Of a stretch of 64,000 nucleotides of DNA, positions 26,851-34,679 are shown in pieces (position 1 is the first letter of the stretch; each line of letters starts with the position of its first letter). Location: IMG/VR virus record IMGVR_UViG_3300031539_000013, one strand, 5' to 3'. Origin of the DNA: a virus. The notes beneath the pieces were generated by a model. The model was not told where the DNA came from. It ran no database searches and was given only the letters and a program-made list of their open reading frames with translations. The position numbers were made by a program, and so were the translations under genes.

Positions 26851-27485
26851 GTTGTTTCTTTTTTGGGTGTCTCCTCATCCCTTACTTTCTTTGCGAAGTC
26901 CTCCGGTCTGAGTGCCAGTCTCTCGTTTTCCATGTATCGGAGTATTTCATCTTTTAGATAGGGGTTGTTGTCCTCATTCAATATCTCCATTAGATTGTCT
27001 TCCAGTTCATCCCTTAGTTCTGCAAGTTTTGTGATGCTCTTGGAGTCTCCTGACTGTATCTCCAACATGAGATTGCTATAAGCAGCCTCAATGCTCACCT
27101 GATAACTGTATTTGTAATTACGATGCATCCTGACGTACTGCACTACCTTTTTGTTGACAATACCATTCTTTCCCTTTAGGATATCCTCAATAGGGCTTTC
27201 AAATACTCCTCCCTCAACAACTTCAAACCCTACGTCATGGGCCACCTCAATCTTTCTTTTAAGCACATCGGAATACTTTCTTCTGTATGGACTATGCTTA
27301 TCGTACATCAGGAGTATGTAGAGGTGTACCTTGTTGTTGTCGATGTCTTCTCCTGCACTTGCTCTAAACTCTTTTATCTTACCAAGTTCCTTGTAGAATT
27401 GTGTCACAGATACTCCCTCCGGTATCTTCTCGGGGTTGAACATCATATTGACGTACTCTTTGCTATGGAATTGCCCTAGTCTCAT
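26847..27485 (-). CDS. hypothetical protein (212 aa)
   Basis: Track ORF with ATGA overlaps at both ends. A small-terminase role is possible but unsupported. Confidence 0.5.
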   Translation of the reverse strand: MRLGQFHSKEYVNMMFNPEKIPEGVSVTQFYKELGKIKEFRASAGEDIDNNKVHLYILLMYDKHSPYRRKYSDVLKRKIEVAHDVGFEVVEGGVFESPIEDILKGKNGIVNKKVVQYVRMHRNYKYSYQVSIEAAYSNLMLEIQSGDSKSITKLAELRDELEDNLMEILNEDNNPYLKDEILRYMENERLALRPEDFAKKVRDEETPKKETT

Positions 27486-28189
27486 AAATCAAGTTTTTGT
27501 TGGATATTATCATATTCCGTTTTTTCATTGGACCATATACCTTCTTTAAATTGTCCCGTTCTAATATTTTGATCTACAAACGGAATAAAATTTAACCAAT
27601 CAGCCCCTATGTGTTCACATACAATTGTTTGACCAATTCTTGATTTACACCATTCTGCTAAATGGGAATAATCTATTTGCTTATTATTGCACCTATAAAC
27701 ATGCCCTCCTATTTTATAAGGAGGATCAATAAACCAAGAAGCGTTTTCATTTTCAATACTTTCATATGAGCCTAATCGTATATTCCAATGTTTAATTTTC
27801 CATAATTGAGATGCTATTTTATTCAACGCATAGTTTTGATGATTTGGCCTATCTCTTAATCTGATTGTTGCTAAATGACGGGGTTCATAAAATCCAAATC
27901 CTATTGTAAATCCTATCAATAAACGCTGTTCCTCACAATCATAAGTATAATTATTAATATTTTCGCCGGCTTTAAATCTCGGTAGAGATAATATATCTTG
28001 GGGGGAGCATTTTTGCAACCATTGCCAAATTTTAATTATAACATCGTATTTATCAACAATCAAAATATCTCGGTCAAAATATCTCAAAGCATAACGAGCG
28101 GTACCGCAAAAGGGCTCAATTATCTTATCGTGCTTTGGTGCAGGATAAAATTTAACTATATTCGTTTTTGCTCCGTAATAGCTCCACAT
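27482..28189 (-). CDS. dam: N6-adenine DNA methyltransferase (D12/Dam class)
   Basis: YYGAK, EPFCGTA (FxGxG) and FIDPPY (DPPY), in Dam order. Confidence 0.85.
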   Translation of the reverse strand: MWSYYGAKTNIVKFYPAPKHDKIIEPFCGTARYALRYFDRDILIVDKYDVIIKIWQWLQKCSPQDILSLPRFKAGENINNYTYDCEEQRLLIGFTIGFGFYEPRHLATIRLRDRPNHQNYALNKIASQLWKIKHWNIRLGSYESIENENASWFIDPPYKIGGHVYRCNNKQIDYSHLAEWCKSRIGQTIVCEHIGADWLNFIPFVDQNIRTGQFKEGIWSNEKTEYDNIQQKLDL

Positions 28190-28193
28190 AACT

Positions 28194-28898
28194 TTAAATT
28201 TTAGCCAGTATAAATCTTCTCTGCACCCTCACAAGCCCTTTTCCGCTATTAACCTTCTGATGGAGCTCGTATTGGAGAGGGATGTCTGTTATCCGTCGTA
28301 AAACGACTGTATCGCCTACCTCAACATCCACACCATCATCGGTATTAAACTCATCGACATATTCTCTGTTGGGTGCGCTGAGATACCTCACAACACCGAA
28401 TGACACGTTCACATTGGATTTATTGTTGAGTGTCACCAGTTCCATCCCAAGTGCCTCCAACCTCTTTTTCTTAGCTGTGACAAACGGATCATCGCATGGC
28501 TCAATAAGACAGTAACCATTAAGGGACTTCACAAAACCATCACCATAAACAGCGAAAATGTTCTGGTATTCGGTAAAAATATACCTATCGTTTCCCTCGA
28601 GTATGTATCGCTTGCTCTCTCTGGCTAGTGCGTTTATCACCGACATGTAGTATATGATGACGTGATCACCAAACTTTAGATCCATGGTTGTCAGCCATGG
28701 CATACCCTTATTTCCCTCGCCACAATAACTCAGGTGTGATGGTAAACCGTAAACCTCTCCCGTTACCGTGGCATTTTTTTCTGGCTCATAGGTGTTATCA
28801 ACGTACAACTCCACTCCATTCTTCAACTTTATCGAATCATTCTCGGGGTCGAGTTTTATCATCACATAGTTATTGAGGCATCTTTTATAGTCCATCAC
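28194..28898 (-). CDS. hypothetical protein, possibly two GroES-like beta-barrel halves
   Basis: VMIKLDPEN..IKLKNGVELYVD...VTGEVYGLP...LKFGDHVIIYY and a second CLIEP...SFGVVRYL...VEVGDTVVLRR segment resemble Cpn10 strand patterns. Weak. Confidence 0.4.
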   Translation of the reverse strand: MMDYKRCLNNYVMIKLDPENDSIKLKNGVELYVDNTYEPEKNATVTGEVYGLPSHLSYCGEGNKGMPWLTTMDLKFGDHVIIYYMSVINALARESKRYILEGNDRYIFTEYQNIFAVYGDGFVKSLNGYCLIEPCDDPFVTAKKKRLEALGMELVTLNNKSNVNVSFGVVRYLSAPNREYVDEFNTDDGVDVEVGDTVVLRRITDIPLQYELHQKVNSGKGLVRVQRRFILAKI

Positions 28899-28906
28899 TT
28901 CAATTA

Positions 28907-29122
28907 TTAGTTAATTATTCTCTTAAGATTCCATAAGTCAGTTTTATTGACCTGTAAATCAAATATCCCATGTCCTGTTTCCCTTGTGTCAATACATAGG
29001 CGATTAGTATTAAAGTCATTATCGTGCGGCTCTTTTCTTGATAGCTCACCAAAACACATTTTCTCTTGTGAGTGTATTTTGAATTTACAGTCCTTGTGAG
29101 GACACCACATCGGTCTATTCAT
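28907..29122 (-). CDS. small Cys-containing protein (71 aa)
   Basis: Start moved to ATG 29122 (MNRPMWCPHKDCKF...), 1 nt after the upstream stop. Confidence 0.5.
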   Translation of the reverse strand: MNRPMWCPHKDCKFKIHSQEKMCFGELSRKEPHDNDFNTNRLCIDTRETGHGIFDLQVNKTDLWNLKRIIN

Positions 29123-29123
29123 A

Positions 29124-29474
29124 TCACTTTTTCTCCTTTGCCTTTTCTGCTCTTTTGCCATAATCCCGGGCGTAGATACATATCGTCTTGCCGTCTATCT
29201 CTTCCCATCGGATAAGACCTTCTCGTTCCATCTTCTCAAACCTGGCTTTCATAGCACGTTTATCTGCCCTGGTGCTTCTCTGCCAGAGAGGAATCTCGTT
29301 GACATGCATAGAAATCCTCTGTCCATGGTACGTAACGACAGTATATTCCTTTGCAACCTCGGTAGCTTTCACCCTTATGGGTTTTTCTTTTGGAGGCTTC
29401 GATATGGGTTTTTCCCAAAGCCAGTACCGGAGCCACAGCCAAAATCTCTTTAGAAGGAAGGCAATACCTTTCAT
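29124..29474 (-). CDS. hypothetical protein (116 aa), N-terminal hydrophobic segment
   Basis: Track ORF. ATGA overlap with the upstream 56-aa ORF. Confidence 0.5.
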   Translation of the reverse strand: MKGIAFLLKRFWLWLRYWLWEKPISKPPKEKPIRVKATEVAKEYTVVTYHGQRISMHVNEIPLWQRSTRADKRAMKARFEKMEREGLIRWEEIDGKTICIYARDYGKRAEKAKEKK

Positions 29475-29641
29475 TGCGTCTGGGGTTTTGCTTTTATGGA
29501 AGCAAGGTGAGTAGCCAGTTCTGAGGATAGTTTCGAAACAGATACTTTTTTCTGCAATCCTCTTTTTATCCGTAGCACAATGTCTTGTGCCTGTGCAGAT
29601 GTTACCGGATCCATTTTCTCTTGTCTAACTCTTTTTGCCAT
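29471..29641 (-). CDS. small basic protein (56 aa)
   Basis: Below the track cut-off. MAKRVRQEKMDPVTSAQAQDIVLRIKRGLQKKVSVSKLSSELATHLASIKAKPQTQ*. ATGA coupling to the next gene. Confidence 0.4.
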   Translation of the reverse strand: MAKRVRQEKMDPVTSAQAQDIVLRIKRGLQKKVSVSKLSSELATHLASIKAKPQTQ

Positions 29642-29686
29642 GATGTGATAGTTTAATTATGGTGATGTCAAAATTATGAAAATTTT

Positions 29687-30049
29687 TTAAATAAGCATTT
29701 TCCCCAGATATCCTGCGAGATATCCAAGTGGTTCAATAGTGCCCCCTAAATGGCAGAACTCTTTTATTCGATCCTCTAAGTGTCTTTTTTCATGACAGAG
29801 GATATTTATTCGCTGTTTCTTTGAGGTCATCCGGTATAAAATTAAAATACTCTCCTTTCGGTTGGAATGATAAAAATGATCTCCTCCATTCACCCTGGAT
29901 AAATTTGTTTTGACGTAATCTAAATCATCTTTTGACACCCCAATTGATAATAGCTGTTTTTTTACTTTTTTAAAATCTTTAACTGAGTTCGTTTCCATGA
30001 GAGTTACCTTCCACTCATAAATATCTACTTTGAATTTTTTAATCTTCAT
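29687..30049 (-). CDS. small HExxH protein (candidate mini zinc metallopeptidase)
   Basis: 120 aa with LCHEKRHLED (H-E-x-x-H) near residue 86. Confidence 0.4.
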   Translation of the reverse strand: MKIKKFKVDIYEWKVTLMETNSVKDFKKVKKQLLSIGVSKDDLDYVKTNLSRVNGGDHFYHSNRKESILILYRMTSKKQRINILCHEKRHLEDRIKEFCHLGGTIEPLGYLAGYLGKMLI

Positions 30050-30069
30050 TTATTATAGTTTTAAATCTA

Positions 30070-30102
30070 CAAATGCAAAACCTCCCCAACTCAGTAGGGA
30101 GG
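30070..30102 (-). terminator. rho-independent terminator after the radical-SAM gene
   Basis: CCTCCC (30081-30086) / GGGAGG (30097-30102) stem, followed on the minus strand by TTTTGCATTTG. A second 7-bp hairpin TTGGCTA/TAGCCAA lies at 30128-30148. Confidence 0.5.
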
Positions 30103-30188
30103 TCGCTACATTAAACAAGAAAAGCATTTGGCTATCGGCATTAGCCAACAACAAAGATAGACAATATTTGCTTCCTGTTCTCATTTTT

Positions 30189-31037
30189 TTATTCGTTAAT
30201 ACTAAATTTATACGTGTTAATTTTTTTACAATTAGCTGCTATAATAATTGGATTTGCCCATTCACGTTGAAATAAATTCCATTTTCTTTCTTTCAATACA
30301 ACACCATCTTTATCTTGATAACGCATTGCAAAAGGGAAAAATCCTGCCCTAATTGTTTGATTAATTCTTTTTTCTGCTTTTTCAATAGTATCTTTTGGAT
30401 ATCCAATCAAAACATAAGCTCTAGCCTTCCTGTTCTCCAAAGTGATATTTGCTTCTTTAAACATTTTCCCAGCTTCAATCAGTGGTTCATAATCATCAAG
30501 TGTGTCGTAGGCACAAAACAGTTCTTTAAGCCTAATGGATGTAAATAAATCAATATGCCATTGTTTTAATATCTTTGCTTCAATACCACCGCTAAATATT
30601 GCAGGTTGTTTTTGGTTTCTTAACATTTCAAAAACATCTTTTATGTGTTGATCAGAACAAGCAAGTAAATTATCATCAATTACGTTCCATCCGGACTTTA
30701 TTTTTAATTCTTTTAATTCAGATTCTCTTTTCCATACTGAACAAAACCAACATTTGTTTGGGCATCCTCTTGAAGTAATTGTATATCCTTCTTTAATATA
30801 CATACCCGGTTCAAATTCTCCACCAACTTCATTAAATGCTGGTCCTCCAATCTTAACAGGAGCAACACCCTTCCATCCCTGATATAATTTTTCTGCGATT
30901 GGAATATCCCATGTAAAAGCCACAGATATATGAATCTGATCCGCTACATCAAAAAGATCAGGCATGCGATTAATAATTACATTCTCATCAATTGGTGTTG
31001 CTTTTGTCTTTCTTGGGAATATTCTTAACACTTTCAT
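30189..31037 (-). CDS. radical SAM enzyme
   Basis: RGCPNKCWFCSV is a CxxxCxxC cluster motif at about residue 90, followed by a TIM-barrel-like alternating pattern. 282 aa. Confidence 0.7.
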   Translation of the reverse strand: MKVLRIFPRKTKATPIDENVIINRMPDLFDVADQIHISVAFTWDIPIAEKLYQGWKGVAPVKIGGPAFNEVGGEFEPGMYIKEGYTITSRGCPNKCWFCSVWKRESELKELKIKSGWNVIDDNLLACSDQHIKDVFEMLRNQKQPAIFSGGIEAKILKQWHIDLFTSIRLKELFCAYDTLDDYEPLIEAGKMFKEANITLENRKARAYVLIGYPKDTIEKAEKRINQTIRAGFFPFAMRYQDKDGVVLKERKWNLFQREWANPIIIAANCKKINTYKFSINE

Positions 31038-31249
31038 GCTTCATATTCTTTAAGTAATTTTAAAGATGCGATCATTTGAATGGTGTCTCCACTCGCTATT
31101 GCCTTTTCAGCACGGGTAATATCCCTTTGTATCATTACGGATGTGAACATACCCGCATTTTTGGGCAGTGAACGATATTCTGTAATCATTTCCCTTGCTC
31201 GATTCATTTCTTCGAGTAATCCTTCCATTAAATTTTTTACTTCTGCCAT
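31034..31249 (-). CDS. hypothetical protein (71 aa)
   Basis: Track ORF. ATGA overlap with the radical-SAM gene. Confidence 0.5.
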   Translation of the reverse strand: MAEVKNLMEGLLEEMNRAREMITEYRSLPKNAGMFTSVMIQRDITRAEKAIASGDTIQMIASLKLLKEYEA

Positions 31250-31252
31250 TTT

Positions 31253-31432
31253 TTATTTTTTAGGTAATAATTTGAAGGTTATTTTATTCTTATAGATTTT
31301 TTCTACACGAAGTCTGCTTCCTCTGACTTCAACTATTTCCCCAACTCTGAAAACTAAGGAATTTTCTTTCCCCATTTGCTCGTTGAACTTTTCTGTTGAG
31401 ATAGATTCAAATCGTCCTAGTGTGTTGTCCAT
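31253..31432 (-). CDS. small protein (59 aa)
   Basis: Below the track cut-off. MDNTLGRFESISTEKFNEQMGKENSLVFRVGEIVEVRGSRLRVEKIYKNKITFKLLPKK*. Confidence 0.4.
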   Translation of the reverse strand: MDNTLGRFESISTEKFNEQMGKENSLVFRVGEIVEVRGSRLRVEKIYKNKITFKLLPKK

Positions 31433-31450
31433 AATTTTAATTTTAAGTGA

Positions 31451-32047
31451 TTATTTAGGTAATTCAATATTATCAAGATATGGATGATCTTCTTCGTTCT
31501 TAGGTACATTTGCAAAATCTATGTCATTATAACTTTCTTGTTTTTCACCTTCTGGATTTTTGTTTTTTAAAAAAATTAAAACTTCTTCTAAGTTATCTGT
31601 TATAAGTTTTATGTTATCTGTTAACTGTTTATATACTGGGTACAGTAGAGGGGTAGGTAGAGTAACCACTTGGAGGGTAGGTTGAGGGGTAGGTTGAGGT
31701 ACAGTAGCGTCACCACCTGAGGTGCTTTTTAGTACCACTAATTTAAACAGAGGTGACTTCCATTCATTTGCTCCCTTCTTGTATTCAATCAACTCCCACG
31801 TAACCATATCGTTAACACATGCATAATATGTTTTTTTATTGCCTATGCACGAGCCTGTCATTGCTGTATCCATAGGACATTTAAACCATTCTGCCCAATT
31901 ACATCTATTATTTTGATTAACGAGAAACAAGTATAAGCTGATATGTTGTGGGGTTATTCTCAAATCGGCACTATTAAACACCCAAGAATAGAACGCTTTT
32001 ATCTGTTCAAACCCATTAATTCTATATTGATTTACCTGTGTACTCAT
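31451..32047 (-). CDS. hypothetical protein, possible DNA-binding/replisome-organiser-like protein
   Basis: 198 aa with a PQPTPQPT linker encoded by a 12-nt tandem repeat at 31676-31699. The functional guess is weak. Confidence 0.35.
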   Translation of the reverse strand: MSTQVNQYRINGFEQIKAFYSWVFNSADLRITPQHISLYLFLVNQNNRCNWAEWFKCPMDTAMTGSCIGNKKTYYACVNDMVTWELIEYKKGANEWKSPLFKLVVLKSTSGGDATVPQPTPQPTLQVVTLPTPLLYPVYKQLTDNIKLITDNLEEVLIFLKNKNPEGEKQESYNDIDFANVPKNEEDHPYLDNIELPK

Positions 32048-32080
32048 TTACAAACAACTTGTAAAAATTTGACAAAAAAA

Positions 32081-32242
32081 TTATTTTATTTTGAAAAATG
32101 ATTTATTGAGTAGCTTTTTCTGTTCCACCCTTCCATCCTTAACCATGTTATAGATTGTTTTCTTGCTGGTGACGCTTAATAACTCCATCAGCCTTTCGAT
32201 TGACACATACTGTACTCCGCTTATTGTAACTACATCCATCAT
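32081..32242 (-). CDS. small helix-turn-helix protein (excisionase/AlpA-like), 53 aa
   Basis: Below the track cut-off. MMDVVTISGVQYVSIERLMELLSVTSKKTIYNMVKDGRVEQKKL... Confidence 0.45.
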   Translation of the reverse strand: MMDVVTISGVQYVSIERLMELLSVTSKKTIYNMVKDGRVEQKKLLNKSFFKIK

Positions 32243-32359
32243 GTAATTTTTAATTAAAAAATGATCCCCGGCAAAATAAACCTAACCTAAAGTGTATTAT
32301 GAAAAAACTAATCTATTAACCTGATCAATGAAAAGAATGAACCGGGGATCAAAAGGTCT

Positions 32360-32629
32360 TTATCCCATAGACTTTACATCCTCCGTAGAGCCCCTGCTTG
32401 ATTTCTTCGCACTTATATTAGCCTTATATAAATTGCGCACACGATCAAGGGCTACATCTATCTCGTCTTCATCAAAGAGTTCTGTTTTTGAATCATAAAC
32501 GGAGTCTGAGTTTTTTGCTGAAGGGGTGTATATACTATATCTCAAGACACATCCTCCATTGTCAGCAGGTTCAATATTTATACTCTGGATTTCCTGCATA
32601 GATTTCAACTTAATTTCTTTTAGTTCCAT
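32360..32629 (-). CDS. hypothetical protein (89 aa)
   Basis: Track ORF. Confidence 0.5.
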   Translation of the reverse strand: MELKEIKLKSMQEIQSINIEPADNGGCVLRYSIYTPSAKNSDSVYDSKTELFDEDEIDVALDRVRNLYKANISAKKSSRGSTEDVKSMG

Positions 32630-32672
32630 GACAAATAGTATTTTAAATTATTATTCAAAGATACACATTATT

Positions 32673-33548
32673 TTAAATCTTGTTATCCCGGCAGAACTTA
32701 TCAAGCCTAGTGAATAAATTTCTATCCTGATAGAAGAGTGTGAGGCGTACCTTCGCCATCATGCCCTGATCCTTCTTTACCGTGCCCCAGAGATGTATGT
32801 AACGTGGTTTTGTCAGATCTAATCCTTTATTTATCTGCATGGCATCTTTAGCCATTACCTCTACTTTTCTTCTCAGGTGGTGTTTTTTTATAAGTGATGA
32901 TAGGAAGTATTGCTCATGGAAGAGATTTTGGTGTATGAGCATCTCATGAAACTTTTTAAAGAAGAGAATCTGGTTCTCCGGTGCAAAAATATACTTCTCA
33001 CTACATGCTTTCCACTCGGGGAAGATACTTAGGTCATTTCCCCCACATATACCACAGTTATAAGCATAATCATACACAGGGTTATCTACAATGGCTTGTG
33101 GTTTAACAGGGGCAGCCCTGAAGCATGGTTTTAACTGTTTATAATATTTATATCCATCCAGGTTAAACGGCTCTTGTGATTGAAAGCATAGGTGTGCGTT
33201 AAGGATTCTTTTTGGAAGGGGATTCCATATAAAAACGTCATTATCGACATGAACAAACGGCTCTTTTTGTTCGTTATAAGCTATCAGTTTGCCGTAAGCC
33301 CAAAAGAAACGGGACACCTTCTTCATCTTATCGAGGGCGGTAGAATAACTTGTGACGGGAAATTTTAGTTTTTTAAATATATCCACGCCCCATGAGGTAG
33401 AAACAATCTGCACCTCGGGGAAATTTCTCGAGGCACAGAATGTTGCCAGGGCTGTTGTGAAAAGGAAGTCGCTATATTTTGTGAATCCACATTTATTGCC
33501 GAAGGATTCATCTGTGTTAAAGTATGAAAACACTGCTTTTCTTATCAT
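32673..33548 (-). CDS. hypothetical protein with a DxD-type motif (possible nucleotide-sugar transferase)
   Basis: 291 aa. FVHVDNDVFIW after an N-terminal beta-alpha-like region. Confidence 0.4.
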   Translation of the reverse strand: MIRKAVFSYFNTDESFGNKCGFTKYSDFLFTTALATFCASRNFPEVQIVSTSWGVDIFKKLKFPVTSYSTALDKMKKVSRFFWAYGKLIAYNEQKEPFVHVDNDVFIWNPLPKRILNAHLCFQSQEPFNLDGYKYYKQLKPCFRAAPVKPQAIVDNPVYDYAYNCGICGGNDLSIFPEWKACSEKYIFAPENQILFFKKFHEMLIHQNLFHEQYFLSSLIKKHHLRRKVEVMAKDAMQINKGLDLTKPRYIHLWGTVKKDQGMMAKVRLTLFYQDRNLFTRLDKFCRDNKI

Positions 33549-33560
33549 AAGTAGAGGATG

Positions 33561-33851
33561 TTACCGTTCGTTGAACATATCCTCGTTGACGGCTACCTTG
33601 TTGGTGCAGTCCCATAGTCCTCCGATCACATCACCATAATAGGTGCCTGTGGTGCCTGTTTCTCCACTGCAAAGGACTTCCTTCGCTGTCTCAAACCGCC
33701 AGTTCCATTCACATTCCGATATAGTGCCTGTACGACAATCCCACTGGTCATGTCTTTGCTTACCCTCTTTCTTGGGGTAGTTAACAGGGTCCGGCTTCTC
33801 GTTTACCCTGCACTGAAGTGATACACATGTATCAACATATCCGTTTGCCAT
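33561..33851 (-). CDS. Cys/Trp-rich small protein (96 aa)
   Basis: Track ORF with 7 Cys residues. Confidence 0.45.
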   Translation of the reverse strand: MANGYVDTCVSLQCRVNEKPDPVNYPKKEGKQRHDQWDCRTGTISECEWNWRFETAKEVLCSGETGTTGTYYGDVIGGLWDCTNKVAVNEDMFNER

Positions 33852-33900
33852 AATGTTTTGTTTTTGAAATGGTTATACTCACTAATTACTTACTCACTCA

Positions 33901-34083
33901 CTATTCAGTCTCACCATCGCCTGCATCAACGATCCCCGAGAGGGCGTGTTGTAGTAAAGCAAAGTTTTCTTCACTTATGTTGATGGTCTGTTCAAAGTTC
34001 TCGAAGTGTTGCATCACTTCTTTGTTACCGTCTTTTTTAGTCACACGGTACTTTATTTTTACGTTTGCTATAACATTTGCCAT
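33901..34083 (-). CDS. hypothetical protein (60 aa)
   Basis: Track ORF. Confidence 0.4.
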   Translation of the reverse strand: MANVIANVKIKYRVTKKDGNKEVMQHFENFEQTINISEENFALLQHALSGIVDAGDGETE

Positions 34084-34094
34084 GGTAGTAGAGT

Positions 34095-34625
34095 TTAGAT
34101 AGAAGGTTCGGTGTAGAAGGATTTAATAATCCCATAATAGGTTCCTGCAGCGCTGACACCTCTCACCCGGTAAAAATACTTGGTGTTGGGGGTTAGTCCT
34201 ATCATGTCTTTATGAATAGACTGGTTGGTAGTTCCCGTAACAGGTGTCTCATCACATGTCACCCATGCTCCAAGAGTAGGGTTGACGGTGCTATATTCAA
34301 ATCGCACCACCGTAGATTCATCGTGGGGATTGACATGGGCACGGAAGGTTGCTATGGTATCAGTTATATCGGTTGCCTCATCTGTGACTACCGTAGGGGG
34401 AATAACTGTTGTATCCACCCTGTACCCATGCTCCAGAACGAGCAGAGCATGTTCTATACGTGTTTCCATCTCATCAGTGGGTATTTCCACCTCCTGCACG
34501 TCTATGATGGTCTTTCTTTGCGCCCCCTCTCTTCCGGGACGCTGGTCAGCATCTCCCTTGTCTTTCAATAAAGTACTCAGGACATTTAACCGTGTTTTGA
34601 CATTAACATCTTTTACTGTTGCCAT
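34095..34625 (-). CDS. FN3-domain protein (176 aa)
   Basis: C-terminal ...FRAHVNP....VRFEYS...GLTPNTKYFYRVRGVSAAG. Confidence 0.55.
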   Translation of the reverse strand: MATVKDVNVKTRLNVLSTLLKDKGDADQRPGREGAQRKTIIDVQEVEIPTDEMETRIEHALLVLEHGYRVDTTVIPPTVVTDEATDITDTIATFRAHVNPHDESTVVRFEYSTVNPTLGAWVTCDETPVTGTTNQSIHKDMIGLTPNTKYFYRVRGVSAAGTYYGIIKSFYTEPSI

Positions 34626-34679
34626 TGTTTATTAAAGGTTAAATTTGACAATTATACGATGCCAAAGTTATGTTATTTT

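Noticed and set aside
26847-27485. Assigning the 212-aa protein as the small terminase subunit
   Set aside because: Ten genes separate it from terL, and I could see no HTH or oligomerisation signature. I left it as hypothetical.
34212-34635. 119-aa and 136-aa plus-strand ORFs opposite the 176-aa FN3 protein
   Set aside because: They are antisense artefacts. The minus-strand frame carries a recognisable FN3 signature.
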